Virus record (IMG/VR): IMGVR_UViG_3300045988_112416
Reading direction: 5' to 3' (one strand)
Source: a virus
Length of the DNA stretch: 40,243 bases
Shown in pieces: positions 26,838 to 35,599 of the stretch (the first letter of the stretch is position 1; each line of letters begins with the position of its first letter). The notes under the pieces are model-generated. The model was not told the DNA's origin and did no database searches. It saw only the letters and a program-made list of their open reading frames with translations. The position numbers and the translations under genes are program-made.

Positions 26838-27003
26838 AAAATAAATCCTCTAGGTTATCCCATATTTCAAAATCACCGGTTCGGTCTCCAGATTCTATCT
26901 TTTGATAATATCTGAGACCGATACCCAAATAATCGGCAACTCCCTGTTGTGTCATTCCTTTTGTCTTTCTGGCATTCTTCAAATTATTTCTCATAGTAAT
27001 CAC
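26803..27003 (-). CDS. XRE-family HTH regulator
   Basis: LKNARKTKGMTQQGVADYLGIGLRYYQKIESGDR. Its 3' end overlaps the convergent XRE gene by 35 nt. Confidence 0.7.
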   Translation of the reverse strand: MITMRNNLKNARKTKGMTQQGVADYLGIGLRYYQKIESGDRTGDFEIWDNLEDLFSIHQRILREIE

Positions 27004-27028
27004 CTCAGTTCTCTTACTGCTCCGTTAT

Positions 27029-27121
27029 TTACAACCGTACCTGAAAGTACGCTTGTAAAATCCCTGTTGATGCTCCACCGCCTCCGGCAAAGTTATCAAC
27101 GATAAGCTCTCCGTTTATCAC
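27029..27121 (-). pseudogene. 31-codon 5' remnant of a DNA (cytosine-5) methyltransferase gene
   Basis: The GTG start overlaps the TGA of the upstream gene (GTGA). Translation (M)INGELIVDNFAGGGGASTGILQAYFQVRL-stop includes C5-MTase motif I (D-x-F-A-G-x-G-G), then ends. Confidence 0.45.
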
Positions 27122-29640
27122 TCGTTGCCCACCTCCAGGAAGTCAAACAACGTCGGTGAGTCAACCTCATTCTCCTCTGCCTGTAAATATCCAACACCAT
27201 CTCTGAAGTAATCCGGATTCAGTTCACATCCCTTACCGAACCGGTGCATTTTAACCGCCATCATTGGTACTGTCATAAGACCGCCGAACGGATCATATAC
27301 CACATCGCCCGGATTGCTGTATCTGTTGATGATCCTCTCAACAATATCAAGCTGCAACGGGCACACGTGCATCGTTGCCCTTCGTCTGCTCTGTGTCGTG
27401 TTGAGCGTTCGCATCCTGTTGATGTCGTCCCATACCTCAAGCTGATTCCAGGATCCTGGCGCTACAACCATGAATGTGGCTGGAAGCCTGCCATCTGTAT
27501 CCAGGTACTTCGCAAGTGCCACATGCTCCTCATAGTTGTATATGTGCTCTCTGCTGTACTGCCTGTACACTCTCTGTAAGTTATCCACAGATACACCCTC
27601 AAGCTCCTCTTTGCTTATCAGCCTGTCTCCTGAACTTCGCCAATATCCGTGGGCATCTATCTGCCACTGTGCCCTCGTGTATTCATCTTTGGTTTTCGTT
27701 ATCGGTTCATCGGCATAAGCTGTTGACCTGTCAGTTGGCAACTTACGGAACAGCAGAATGTACTCAGGGCATCCCACCCCCATCTTGGAACCATCCTTGC
27801 ACTGTTCAGACCATCCAAGGCGGTATGTCTGGTTGTTCTCCCTTACCACATCAGTAACCACAGTGATCATGCCGAAATACTGGAATCCGTGGCGCATATA
27901 ATGCTCTATACAGTCTGCATGGAACGGCTCAACTGTCGGCATTCCTGTGCCGGTAGCATTTCCGAACAGCACTCTATCCTTAACGTGGATGGCCGCCACT
28001 CTTCCCGGCTTCAGCACCCTCAAAAGCTCCGGTGTCAGGAAGTCCATCTGCTCAAAGAATCTTTCAGTATCCTGATTGTGTCCAAAATCGTTATAATTAG
28101 CTGAATACTCGTAGTGGTTGCCAAATGGTATTGATGTGTGTATCAGGTCAACACTGTTGCTCTCCATTGCCCTTGTCTCTTCCACACAGTCGCCATATAC
28201 AGCCTCATAATGCTTGCCTCTTACTGTTCTCTCTTCTCTTGTCCCTTCCACGCCCATCTTCCTTTCTAATCTCTCCGTCTTGTTGGCTGAATCAAGGCCA
28301 TATTTCTTCACGATCTCGATCATCTTCTTAACCATGTGATTGTGATTCTTCCACTTCTCGATCAGTGCGTCCTTGATCTCCCGCTCATTCTCCATGTAGA
28401 TGATGTCTATAACTACTGTGTCCTGCTGCAGGAACCTGTAACACCTGTGCACCGCCTGTATGAAGTCATTGAACTCATAGTCAATTCCAACAAATATCTC
28501 CCGGTGACAGAACCGCTGGAAGTTACAGCCTGAACCACTAATTGACTTCTTGGTAGCAAATAACCTTGTCTTGCCATTGCTGAAGTCTATGACTCTCTGC
28601 TCCCTAAGGTCGTAGTCCATGGATCCGTATATGTCCACTGTCTCCGGCAAAGCTTTCTTAATAGCGTGTCTCTCTGCTTCCTGATCGTGCCATAGAATAA
28701 AATGGTCTTCCGGAGAGCTATCAACTATCTCCTTCATCTTCTCTATCCTGGCATCTATGCTCTCACGCTTGATCTTTGCGGCTTCTTTAAGTCCTGTACT
28801 AGCCTGAGTGAAAAGCTCCATCTGGCCGTCCCTGTCAACTGAATCTCCGTAGTGTATAGGTATCTCGTGCCACCTCACATCCAGTGGAGGGAGTACATAG
28901 CCATCATCGGAATAATCTGGGTTGATGTCTGAAGGTTTTGTGATGAAAAGTGCCCAGCTACTCACCCACAACCAGAACTCATCTTCCATGTTCGGGTACA
29001 GTGTCAGGTTATTTGCCTTTGTTGAATCCCTCTGGAAGAATCTTGTAAGTGCCTGTCCTGTGTCCATGACTTCCAAGTACCCAGCATAATGAATCAGCTC
29101 CTTGTACTTGTTCGGCGACGGTGTAGCAGTCGCTACGAGCTTGTAAGGTACATTTTTGAACTTGTCTAGTAATGTCTGGTATGTCTTAGATCCGAACGAT
29201 CTAAGCACGGATGCTTCATCAAGTGAGGTTGCCGCAAAATACGATGGATCTATATCTCCGTCCCTCACTCTCTCATAATTCGTCAGAACGATCTGACTAG
29301 TGCTTGCCTCAACCTCTTCCATGGTTCGGCAATATTCAGGCTTCTCATAGCCCAGGAGTTCCACAGCATCCCTTGTAAATTCCTGCTTAACTCCAAGCGG
29401 TAATACAATCAGCGCTCTGCCGCCGGTATGCTCTGCTGCCTGATGACAGAATTCAATTTCCTGTGCAGTCTTGCCAAGTCCGAACGACTCAAACAAGGCT
29501 CTACGTCCACCCTTCAGCGCCCATGCCACCGCATCACCCTGATGTGGCTTTAGGGCTTTATTTATGCGGCTCTTATCGACCTCAAAGCCGCTGTCAATAG
29601 CAAGCTCTATCTTGCTCTCTAAAAACTCTCTGTATGTCAT
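27118..29640 (-). CDS. SNF2-family helicase fused to a beta-class N6A/N4C DNA methyltransferase
   Basis: Helicase motifs: GLGKT (I), LDEAS (II), ATATPSPN (III), QAVHRCYRFLQ (VI). MTase part: YGDCVEE..SVDLIHTSIPFG (motif IV region, SIPF instead of D/S-PPY) and GDVVYDPFGGLMTVPMMAV (motif I), in circularly permuted beta order. Confidence 0.8.
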   Translation of the reverse strand: MTYREFLESKIELAIDSGFEVDKSRINKALKPHQGDAVAWALKGGRRALFESFGLGKTAQEIEFCHQAAEHTGGRALIVLPLGVKQEFTRDAVELLGYEKPEYCRTMEEVEASTSQIVLTNYERVRDGDIDPSYFAATSLDEASVLRSFGSKTYQTLLDKFKNVPYKLVATATPSPNKYKELIHYAGYLEVMDTGQALTRFFQRDSTKANNLTLYPNMEDEFWLWVSSWALFITKPSDINPDYSDDGYVLPPLDVRWHEIPIHYGDSVDRDGQMELFTQASTGLKEAAKIKRESIDARIEKMKEIVDSSPEDHFILWHDQEAERHAIKKALPETVDIYGSMDYDLREQRVIDFSNGKTRLFATKKSISGSGCNFQRFCHREIFVGIDYEFNDFIQAVHRCYRFLQQDTVVIDIIYMENEREIKDALIEKWKNHNHMVKKMIEIVKKYGLDSANKTERLERKMGVEGTREERTVRGKHYEAVYGDCVEETRAMESNSVDLIHTSIPFGNHYEYSANYNDFGHNQDTERFFEQMDFLTPELLRVLKPGRVAAIHVKDRVLFGNATGTGMPTVEPFHADCIEHYMRHGFQYFGMITVVTDVVRENNQTYRLGWSEQCKDGSKMGVGCPEYILLFRKLPTDRSTAYADEPITKTKDEYTRAQWQIDAHGYWRSSGDRLISKEELEGVSVDNLQRVYRQYSREHIYNYEEHVALAKYLDTDGRLPATFMVVAPGSWNQLEVWDDINRMRTLNTTQSRRRATMHVCPLQLDIVERIINRYSNPGDVVYDPFGGLMTVPMMAVKMHRFGKGCELNPDYFRDGVGYLQAEENEVDSPTLFDFLEVGNE

Positions 29641-29700
29641 TCACTTCTCAGGAACCCGCTATAGCATTACCCCGGCCGGAGGTTCGGCTCCTTTCATGTG

Positions 29701-30525
29701 TTATTTATTATTCAGCTCATCCGCAAGCATCTTCTCAAGCTGGCTAAGCTGCTCTGTATTATCAGTCTGCTTAAAGTTTGCAAATCCATTTGGATTCACG
29801 TTCCGTGGCTGCCCTCGACTCTTGCCATCATCCTTAAGCGCATATAGGCCTGTCCATCCCTGCATTATCGACTGATTGAGAATCTGTACCTGCTCATGCT
29901 TATCGTGAGATAACGACTCCAGCTTGTTCATCATCAGCGTTATGGCCCTGTCACTCATAGGTTTCTTGATTCCCTTACGGAACTTGATGAACTCCACTAT
30001 GGCATCATTAAGCTCTGGATCATCGCTATACTTGACCGGTTCAGACTTCTTGCGTGGCTTACCCACCTCCGCATGTGCGCACGCACATGCCTTAGTAGGA
30101 GTATGTATATACTCCTCATTATCACTATCATTATCATATTCATTATCATTATCGGCTTTTTTGGGTTTATTTGGGTTTTTCTCGGTTTCAGAAATAACCG
30201 TTCGGTTTTTAATAAAACCATTCGGTTTATTTGGGTTTGCCTCGGTTTCGGAAATTTCCGCTTCCTTTATAGGTCTGCCGCCCTTCTTGCCGTTTGATCT
30301 GTTGCGCTCACATTTTTCCTCATACTTGGAGTTGTCCTTGTCCATGCGTGCCTTGATAAAAGAAAAACACATGGCAAGTGCACTACCTTTTGGAAGATCC
30401 GGAACTTCGCCTGTCTCCTGGTAGTCCATCAGAGCAAACATTAACTCACCGACCTGCTCCGGTGGCAGCATCGACAAATGCTCTCTATATTCGGTATAAA
30501 AGACAAAGCTCCCTTTATTTCCCAT
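29701..30525 (-). CDS. Replication protein / replisome organizer-like (tentative)
   Basis: N-terminus FVFYTEYREHLSMLPPEQVGELMFALMDYQETGEVP...NGKKGGRP and C-terminus IVEFIKFRKGIKKPMSDRAITLMMNKL...IMQGWTGLY resemble phage replication-organizer proteins. Contains iteron-like DNA repeats. The start is at ATG 30525, 10 nt after AAGGAGG. Confidence 0.5.
   Translation of the reverse strand: MGNKGSFVFYTEYREHLSMLPPEQVGELMFALMDYQETGEVPDLPKGSALAMCFSFIKARMDKDNSKYEEKCERNRSNGKKGGRPIKEAEISETEANPNKPNGFIKNRTVISETEKNPNKPKKADNDNEYDNDSDNEEYIHTPTKACACAHAEVGKPRKKSEPVKYSDDPELNDAIVEFIKFRKGIKKPMSDRAITLMMNKLESLSHDKHEQVQILNQSIMQGWTGLYALKDDGKSRGQPRNVNPNGFANFKQTDNTEQLSQLEKMLADELNNK
30162..30255. repeat. Iteron-like array (candidate phage origin) inside the replication gene
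   Basis: A roughly 32-bp unit GGTTTATTTGGGTTT(T/G)(T/C)CTCGGTTTC(A/G)GAAAT occurs twice 60 bp apart (30164-30195, 30224-30255). The short core T(C/G)GGTTT occurs 7 times at 10-20 bp phasing. It is flanked by the AT-rich ATCATTATCAT run at 30118-30154. Confidence 0.55.
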
Positions 30526-30530
30526 GTGGC

Positions 30531-30926
30531 TCACACCTCCTTGATTCTGATTCCATACTTATAAAGCATCAACTTACGCTTTATGATGTATTCCTTTGTT
30601 CTCATGCCCTTTGTATCTTCCACAACCATTTCAAATCCATCCCAGTAAACGAAGTCCGCTATGTATGAGCACTTACGCTCTAGGAGCTTTCCTGGTTTGA
30701 ATCTGCCCTTGTTGGGTCCTTTTTCATAGATCTCATTCGTGTATTCTCTCTGAGCTGGAATAAGCTCAAATTCTCTCTGAAGCTGCAAGCCTGTTATCTT
30801 GCCAGCTTTCTCAAGCAATTTCAGCTCTGTATACCTCTGTGCCTCTTTCTTGCTGTCAAATATAATGCCGTCTATTACAGCCTTCCTGTTGCCGTATTTG
30901 GCTCTTGACCTATTCCAAGCCATCAA
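30531..30926 (-). CDS. DUF1064 (PD-(D/E)xK nuclease-like) protein
   Basis: KYGNRKAVIDGIIFDSKKEAQRYTELKLL...YIADFVYWDG..VVEDTKG.RTKEYIIKRKL matches the DUF1064 pattern. Confidence 0.7.
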   Translation of the reverse strand: MMAWNRSRAKYGNRKAVIDGIIFDSKKEAQRYTELKLLEKAGKITGLQLQREFELIPAQREYTNEIYEKGPNKGRFKPGKLLERKCSYIADFVYWDGFEMVVEDTKGMRTKEYIIKRKLMLYKYGIRIKEV

Positions 30927-31025
30927 ATACTCCTTTCCCCCTGTCGCCCTCGAATAAGAGCAACAGGGATATATGCTAAGACATTACGCTGCGTGTTGTG
31001 ATGTATTATGTAATGTCAATGTAAC

Positions 31026-32078
31026 CTACTTGAAACTTCCGAACAGAGCCGCCTCGGCTGCATTCATCTCTGGCTGTGGATTTTCTGCCGGTGCTGGCTG
31101 TGGATCCTGAACACTGTTCTGTGTATTCTGAGCATTATTCTGAGTATCCTGTGGCTCTGCCTGTGGAGCCTGTGCTTCTGGTTCATTCATCTCTGTTGCT
31201 GTGGTTTCCACATACTCATCATTGTCATTCTCAACGTATGTAGGATGTCCCTCAGCGTCCAAGGTTGCCATATCGCCCTCAAATGCTTTCTGAAGATCGA
31301 TACTCATAACACCCCACTTGGAAATTAACTGACGGAGCATGGTCTTGTAAGCCATGCCATCAAAATTCTTGTACCAGAACGATGAATACATCCACGAATC
31401 ACGAGGATCATAGTTACCGGCTTCATAGTCAGCAAATGATACTCTCTGCTTCTCTCCGTACTTTGTCTTGACCTTTCCTGCATCCTTGTAGAATGCTGGT
31501 GAATACTTGTCCGCATGAGCAAGCATCTGAGCCTTACTCCAGTACATTGTCTTTCTGAATCCGTTCACAAGCTCAAACATTGCATAGTAGCCGATTGTCT
31601 CAGCCTCTTCTCTCTTGTCCCAATCATCAACCATGAGATTGACTTTAATATCCTCGTTGAGTGGGTCAAAGTATTCCAGTTCACCTTCTTTGATTGCAAC
31701 AACATTCAGTCTCTTATACTGACCAGAACGGATAGCCAGCTGAATATATCCCTTATATCCCATCTGGAACTGAGCTTCCTTGACACCAGTCTTTGTATTG
31801 TTGAATGGGACCATGTAATAGTGTCCGAGCTGTGGGGATGGTGAAAGCTGTAAGCTCTCGCCGAGAAGTGCAGCTGAAAGAATCGACTGATTCGTGCACT
31901 CCTGAAGTGTAGGGTTGGTGTTATAGGCTGATACGATAGCAGATATGAACCTCTGTCCGTTCTTACCACCAACCACCTTGTTAATCTGATTCTTGATTGC
32001 ATCCTGTGTAAGGTATGCTGTAATTCCAAGATTCTGCTGTGCTTTGTTTCTTGCTACTAAACTGTTATTTACTGCCAT
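31026..32078 (-). CDS. recT: RecT-family single-strand annealing protein
   Basis: RFISAIVSAYNTNPTLQECTNQSILSAALLGESLQLSPSPQLGHYYMVPF...GYKGYIQLAIRSGQY. Confidence 0.85.
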   Translation of the reverse strand: MAVNNSLVARNKAQQNLGITAYLTQDAIKNQINKVVGGKNGQRFISAIVSAYNTNPTLQECTNQSILSAALLGESLQLSPSPQLGHYYMVPFNNTKTGVKEAQFQMGYKGYIQLAIRSGQYKRLNVVAIKEGELEYFDPLNEDIKVNLMVDDWDKREEAETIGYYAMFELVNGFRKTMYWSKAQMLAHADKYSPAFYKDAGKVKTKYGEKQRVSFADYEAGNYDPRDSWMYSSFWYKNFDGMAYKTMLRQLISKWGVMSIDLQKAFEGDMATLDAEGHPTYVENDNDEYVETTATEMNEPEAQAPQAEPQDTQNNAQNTQNSVQDPQPAPAENPQPEMNAAEAALFGSFK

Positions 32079-32110
32079 TATTTTCTACCTCCTATGTAAA
32101 CTACGTGATC

Positions 32111-32341
32111 TTAATCACAGAACGACCAACTACAGTGTGGACATCCTGTTATAAGGTTTGTTCCTGCCGCCTCTACCGATATTCCTCTTTCTATCGATGT
32201 TCCATTTCTTTTTATCTTTTCATATATGTTCTTATTGCAATTCGGACACACGCCGCTATCTGGCGCAAAAAGAGGATACTTGTTCTTCTTGCAATATCTT
32301 TCCTGTGTCTCTATTGCCTCACTTATGTTGTAATGTTCCAT
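32111..32341 (-). CDS. Hypothetical Zn-ribbon protein
   Basis: CPNC ... CPHC cysteine pairs. Confidence 0.5.
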   Translation of the reverse strand: MEHYNISEAIETQERYCKKNKYPLFAPDSGVCPNCNKNIYEKIKRNGTSIERGISVEAAGTNLITGCPHCSWSFCD

Positions 32342-32353
32342 CTGCCTATCCTC

Positions 32354-32659
32354 CTAATACAATCCGAATGCCTTACGCAGTGCCTGCTCCAAGATGGAGC
32401 TCATATCCTGTGTATCCTTGTTGCAATTCGCTTTGGACAATATGTCAAGCACATCATTTATAAGTGCCTTCATAATCTTGTCAAGATCTCCATCAGCTTT
32501 TGAGGTCTCAACAGCTCTGTTTATCAACTGTTCTACAACTGGCTCTCCATACTCTTTGACAAGTGGTTCTCTTATTGCCTTCACTACAAGTGCCAGCTCC
32601 GATATAAGCATCGTTGCTGATCCCTTTATTGATACTAATCCATTTTCCGCCTTAATCAT
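32354..32659 (-). CDS. Hypothetical protein
   Basis: 101-aa ORF in the operon. Confidence 0.45.
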   Translation of the reverse strand: MIKAENGLVSIKGSATMLISELALVVKAIREPLVKEYGEPVVEQLINRAVETSKADGDLDKIMKALINDVLDILSKANCNKDTQDMSSILEQALRKAFGLY

Positions 32660-32671
32660 CTTGTATACCTC

Positions 32672-33535
32672 CTACTTAATCGCTCTGAACGCTATATTTC
32701 TGCTCTGGAAGAACTCTCTCAGAGCCGTTGCATCTTCCGTGGTAAGTTCAACCTCGAACTTCACTATCATCTTCTGTGGTTCCAGCTGTGACTCCTGTAC
32801 TGGTGCCTGCTGCACATCCTCTGGAGGTGTCACAGCCTGTGCCTTGCGTTCTTCCTCAGCCTTCCGTCTTGCCTCTTCTGCTGCTTTTCGTGCCTCTTCT
32901 GCAGCCTTTCTCCTTGCCTCTGCCTCAGCCTTTGCCTTTGCGATCTCTGACATTCTCTTAGCCTCAGAAATGGCCTTGTTAATGTCTAATGTCTCCTTAA
33001 ATACCTCTGTAGCCTCAAAGCCAAACTCTGGGAGCTGACTAAGTGTAAGAACTCCATTGCCGATCTCATACATCTTAGACTTCATCTGATCTTCTATACT
33101 CTTCATTGATACCGATGCATTCAACCACTTCGGATCCCAGATCTTCTCCAACGTGACAAAATTCTGGAAACCTATCTGAGAGAACAGCACTTCAATGGCT
33201 TTCTGCTTTTCGGCCTTGCGTTTCTCATCGTATGCCTTGACCTGTTCGTCTATCACCGCTATAGGCTTGTCTATGATACCTATGATCTCGTTGATTTGAG
33301 CCTTGAACACATTAAACGGCTGCATGTATTCTTTCTCTTTTCTTATTCTCTCGTCATTGAGGGCTTTCTTTAACTTGTTAAGGTTCGCCTTGTCTGCCTT
33401 TGCGTCCTTGATCTGGTCATCTGTGTAGACAAGCGTCTCATAAAATGAGACCTTAGATATAAGCTCAGCCTTGAGCTCTTCGTAGTTAAAATCAATCTTC
33501 TCCGGTATCGCTACCTCATTAACTCTTAATTCCAT
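32672..33535 (-). CDS. DUF1351-like phage protein
   Basis: N-terminus IDFNYEELKAELISKVSFYETLVYTDDQIKDAKADKANLNKLKKALNDERIRKEKEY. Central AEARRKAAEEARKAAEEARRKAEEERKA repeat. Confidence 0.6.
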   Translation of the reverse strand: MELRVNEVAIPEKIDFNYEELKAELISKVSFYETLVYTDDQIKDAKADKANLNKLKKALNDERIRKEKEYMQPFNVFKAQINEIIGIIDKPIAVIDEQVKAYDEKRKAEKQKAIEVLFSQIGFQNFVTLEKIWDPKWLNASVSMKSIEDQMKSKMYEIGNGVLTLSQLPEFGFEATEVFKETLDINKAISEAKRMSEIAKAKAEAEARRKAAEEARKAAEEARRKAEEERKAQAVTPPEDVQQAPVQESQLEPQKMIVKFEVELTTEDATALREFFQSRNIAFRAIK

Positions 33536-33545
33536 TTTTAACCTC

Positions 33546-33698
33546 CTAATTCAGCACCAGCTCATACTGGTTATTGTTCTTGTTCTCTCGTATCATCGAC
33601 ATGATACGCTGTGTCTGTCGCTGTCTCTCTTCCTCACAGTCGCAGTGCTCGCCTGGATCCAAGTAAGCACCGCATAACTGACATTCGTTGTAATACAT
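33546..33698 (-). CDS. Small Cys-containing ORF (50 aa)
   Basis: Not in the track. ATG is preceded by AGGAGAG. Translation MYYNECQLCGAYLDPGEHCDCEEERQRQ.... Its TAG stop overlaps the RBS of the next gene. Confidence 0.5.
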   Translation of the reverse strand: MYYNECQLCGAYLDPGEHCDCEEERQRQTQRIMSMIRENKNNNQYELVLN

Positions 33699-33708
33699 TG
33701 CATCTCTC

Positions 33709-34356
33709 CTATATCTCTGGGAGTATCAGCGGTGGTTCTTTCTTCACCTGTACGCACTCCCAGAAGTCTCTTTCAGCGTCAATAAGATACTGAATGTCAT
33801 CCTCTACCTCCGACCGGTCTATCTTGTAGTGTCTCGTCTGCAGATACACATCACCGTTAAATTCCGACTTAAGCTGAGCCTTGAGCACCACAAAGTCAAA
33901 CTCTGTTACCATCAGGTAATGCAACACCTGTATGTAATAGTTATCCGGGATTCTGTGATCCCATTTCTCCTTTTGCCTTGACTGCAGAATGTTGGTAGTC
34001 TTGCACTCCCACACGCCCTTACGACCATCCTGATCTATGAGCCATCCATCAAGAGATGCATGCGCCCACGGGTACTTGTCATTTGTGAACATGTTGTTTT
34101 CCACATACCCAACTTGATACTCTGGATAATCCAACTTGAATAGCTCCCTCAGATGCTTCTCAGCCTCTGTGCCATACTTGACATAAGGCTTGTCTGATAT
34201 GTCCTCAGGCTCTATGCCGTAGGCTTTCTCTTTAAATAGATCCACGTTGGTCTTGTAGGGGTTCATTCCCACAATAGCCGAGGCATCCGACCCGCCTATC
34301 TTGGTTCTTGCCCTGAGCCACTCTTCATGGCTCCCAAGGACTTTCATACTTACCAT
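33709..34356 (-). CDS. YqaJ-like (lambda Exo-type) recombination exonuclease
   Basis: RTKIGGSDASAIVGMNPYKT...HASLDGWL...WECKTT... is the PD-(D/E)xK YqaJ pattern. It pairs functionally with recT. Confidence 0.8.
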   Translation of the reverse strand: MVSMKVLGSHEEWLRARTKIGGSDASAIVGMNPYKTNVDLFKEKAYGIEPEDISDKPYVKYGTEAEKHLRELFKLDYPEYQVGYVENNMFTNDKYPWAHASLDGWLIDQDGRKGVWECKTTNILQSRQKEKWDHRIPDNYYIQVLHYLMVTEFDFVVLKAQLKSEFNGDVYLQTRHYKIDRSEVEDDIQYLIDAERDFWECVQVKKEPPLILPEI

Positions 34357-34589
34357 GGCTGTTCACTTTCTCTCTGATCTTCAATCCTGTTCATCTGCTC
34401 CACTGTGTTAAGCAGTCCCAGCTCTGTGAATACTGTTCCAAGCAAATATGCTATGAGGCTGCCAACCGGGAGAGCCATAATCAAAGCCGTGTTAAATATG
34501 ATGTTGTATGCCATAATGATCAGTATTATCAGCATCGCCGCAAGGCACACTGCCTTGACAGCCTTTGTATCCATGTTTCTCCTCTTCAT
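34350..34589 (-). CDS. Small membrane protein (2 TM)
   Basis: Two hydrophobic helices (AVCLAAMLIILIIMAY, LPVGSLIAYLLGTVF). Confidence 0.5.
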   Translation of the reverse strand: MKRRNMDTKAVKAVCLAAMLIILIIMAYNIIFNTALIMALPVGSLIAYLLGTVFTELGLLNTVEQMNRIEDQRESEQPW

Positions 34590-34679
34590 TGCTTTTCTTC
34601 CCCTTTTCTGCTATGATTTTCTTGAGTTATTTTTTATTTGCACCGGCGGAACTGCTATTCCAAAGGTGCTTTTTGTGTT

Positions 34680-34907
34680 TCACTCTTCTGCATCCAGACT
34701 TCGTGGTTTAAATGGATCTGACAGGTCCATCCCCTCTGCCTCAGCCAAGAATCTATCCAACTCTTGTTTACGGACTTTGTAAGCTCCAAGTTTCATAAAT
34801 TTAAGCTGTCCGCTTTTCCTAAGTCTGTGTACATACGCAACATTTGTATGTAATATTTCCGCTACCTCAGCAACTGTGTATATTGTTGTTTCTTCCGTTG
34901 TTCTCAC
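34680..34907 (-). CDS. Excisionase/MerR-like HTH (HTH_17) DNA-binding protein, possible Xis
   Basis: YTVAEVAEILHTNVAYVHRLRKSGQLKFMKLGAYKVRKQELDRFL. Confidence 0.55.
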   Translation of the reverse strand: MRTTEETTIYTVAEVAEILHTNVAYVHRLRKSGQLKFMKLGAYKVRKQELDRFLAEAEGMDLSDPFKPRSLDAEE

Positions 34908-34972
34908 CTCCTTTTTGCGTAATGTTTTGCAACATGTAACAGACGAGTATTTTCAAAAAATGCAAATATTTT

Positions 34973-35176
34973 TTACACGTCTTTCTCTATGACCAGCTTC
35001 AACCCAACCGCTTTCAATAAGCTGTCGGCATTAGTCAATGTCATTCCTCTTTTATCTGATTCCCACATGTACAAGCTCCTGTCAGTAAATCCTGCCTTTT
35101 CAGCCAATTTACGTTTTGACATGCCCTGTCTGAGTCTTTCTCCCTCAACAGCCTGTAATATTGTTTCCTTATCCAC
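34973..35176 (-). CDS. XRE-family HTH regulator
   Basis: RLRQGMSKRKLAEKAGFTDRSLYMWESDKR. Confidence 0.65.
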   Translation of the reverse strand: MDKETILQAVEGERLRQGMSKRKLAEKAGFTDRSLYMWESDKRGMTLTNADSLLKAVGLKLVIEKDV

Positions 35177-35259
35177 TTGACTACCTCCTTATATTTAGAT
35201 ACGATATATACTGGTATGAACATATGTTTATAACTAAATACATAGAAAGGAGTGCAACT

Positions 35260-35427
35260 ATGGAAACTTTCAAGACATTTCCTGCTACTAAGGCTGAGGC
35301 ACTGACACTGCTTTACCTTCAGAACCAGGACTTATCAGACAAGACCATTGAAGAGATCGTAGCTTTATATGACAACATATCTAAAAGAGCTATTAAAGCT
35401 TGTAATGTAAACGTAAAGCTTAGATAA
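35260..35427 (+). CDS. Small + strand ORF (55 aa) embedded in the - strand early operon
   Basis: ATG 35260 lies 7 nt after AAAGGAG. Translation METFKTFPATKAEALTLLYLQNQDLSDKTIEEIVALYDNISKRAIKACNVNVKLR. Confidence 0.5.
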   Translation: METFKTFPATKAEALTLLYLQNQDLSDKTIEEIVALYDNISKRAIKACNVNVKLR

Positions 35428-35431
35428 TCTC

Positions 35432-35599
35432 TTACTTAGTCTTTTTTGACTTACCAAGCCGGGCTCTTGTTTTCATCATGGAGTCAAGAGTCCGTGCCAT
35501 GGAATCCTTGTAGTCACACATATAGTTATCGTCTCTAACCTTCTTACACAGGTGCTTTATCGTCTTGTCCACTTCTTTCTTAAGTTTCTTTGTCTTCAT
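35432..35599 (-). CDS. Small basic ORF (55 aa)
   Basis: Not in the track. ATG is preceded by AAGGAG. Translation MKTKKLKKEVDKTIKHLCKKVRDDNYMCDYKDSMARTLDSMMKTRARLGKSKKTK. Confidence 0.45.
   Translation of the reverse strand: MKTKKLKKEVDKTIKHLCKKVRDDNYMCDYKDSMARTLDSMMKTRARLGKSKKTK

Noticed and set aside
34630-34680. + strand hairpin GCACC...GGTGC followed by TTTTTG
   Set aside because: The stem is weak and interrupted, and no + strand gene upstream needs a terminator. It may be a minor bidirectional element but is not convincing.
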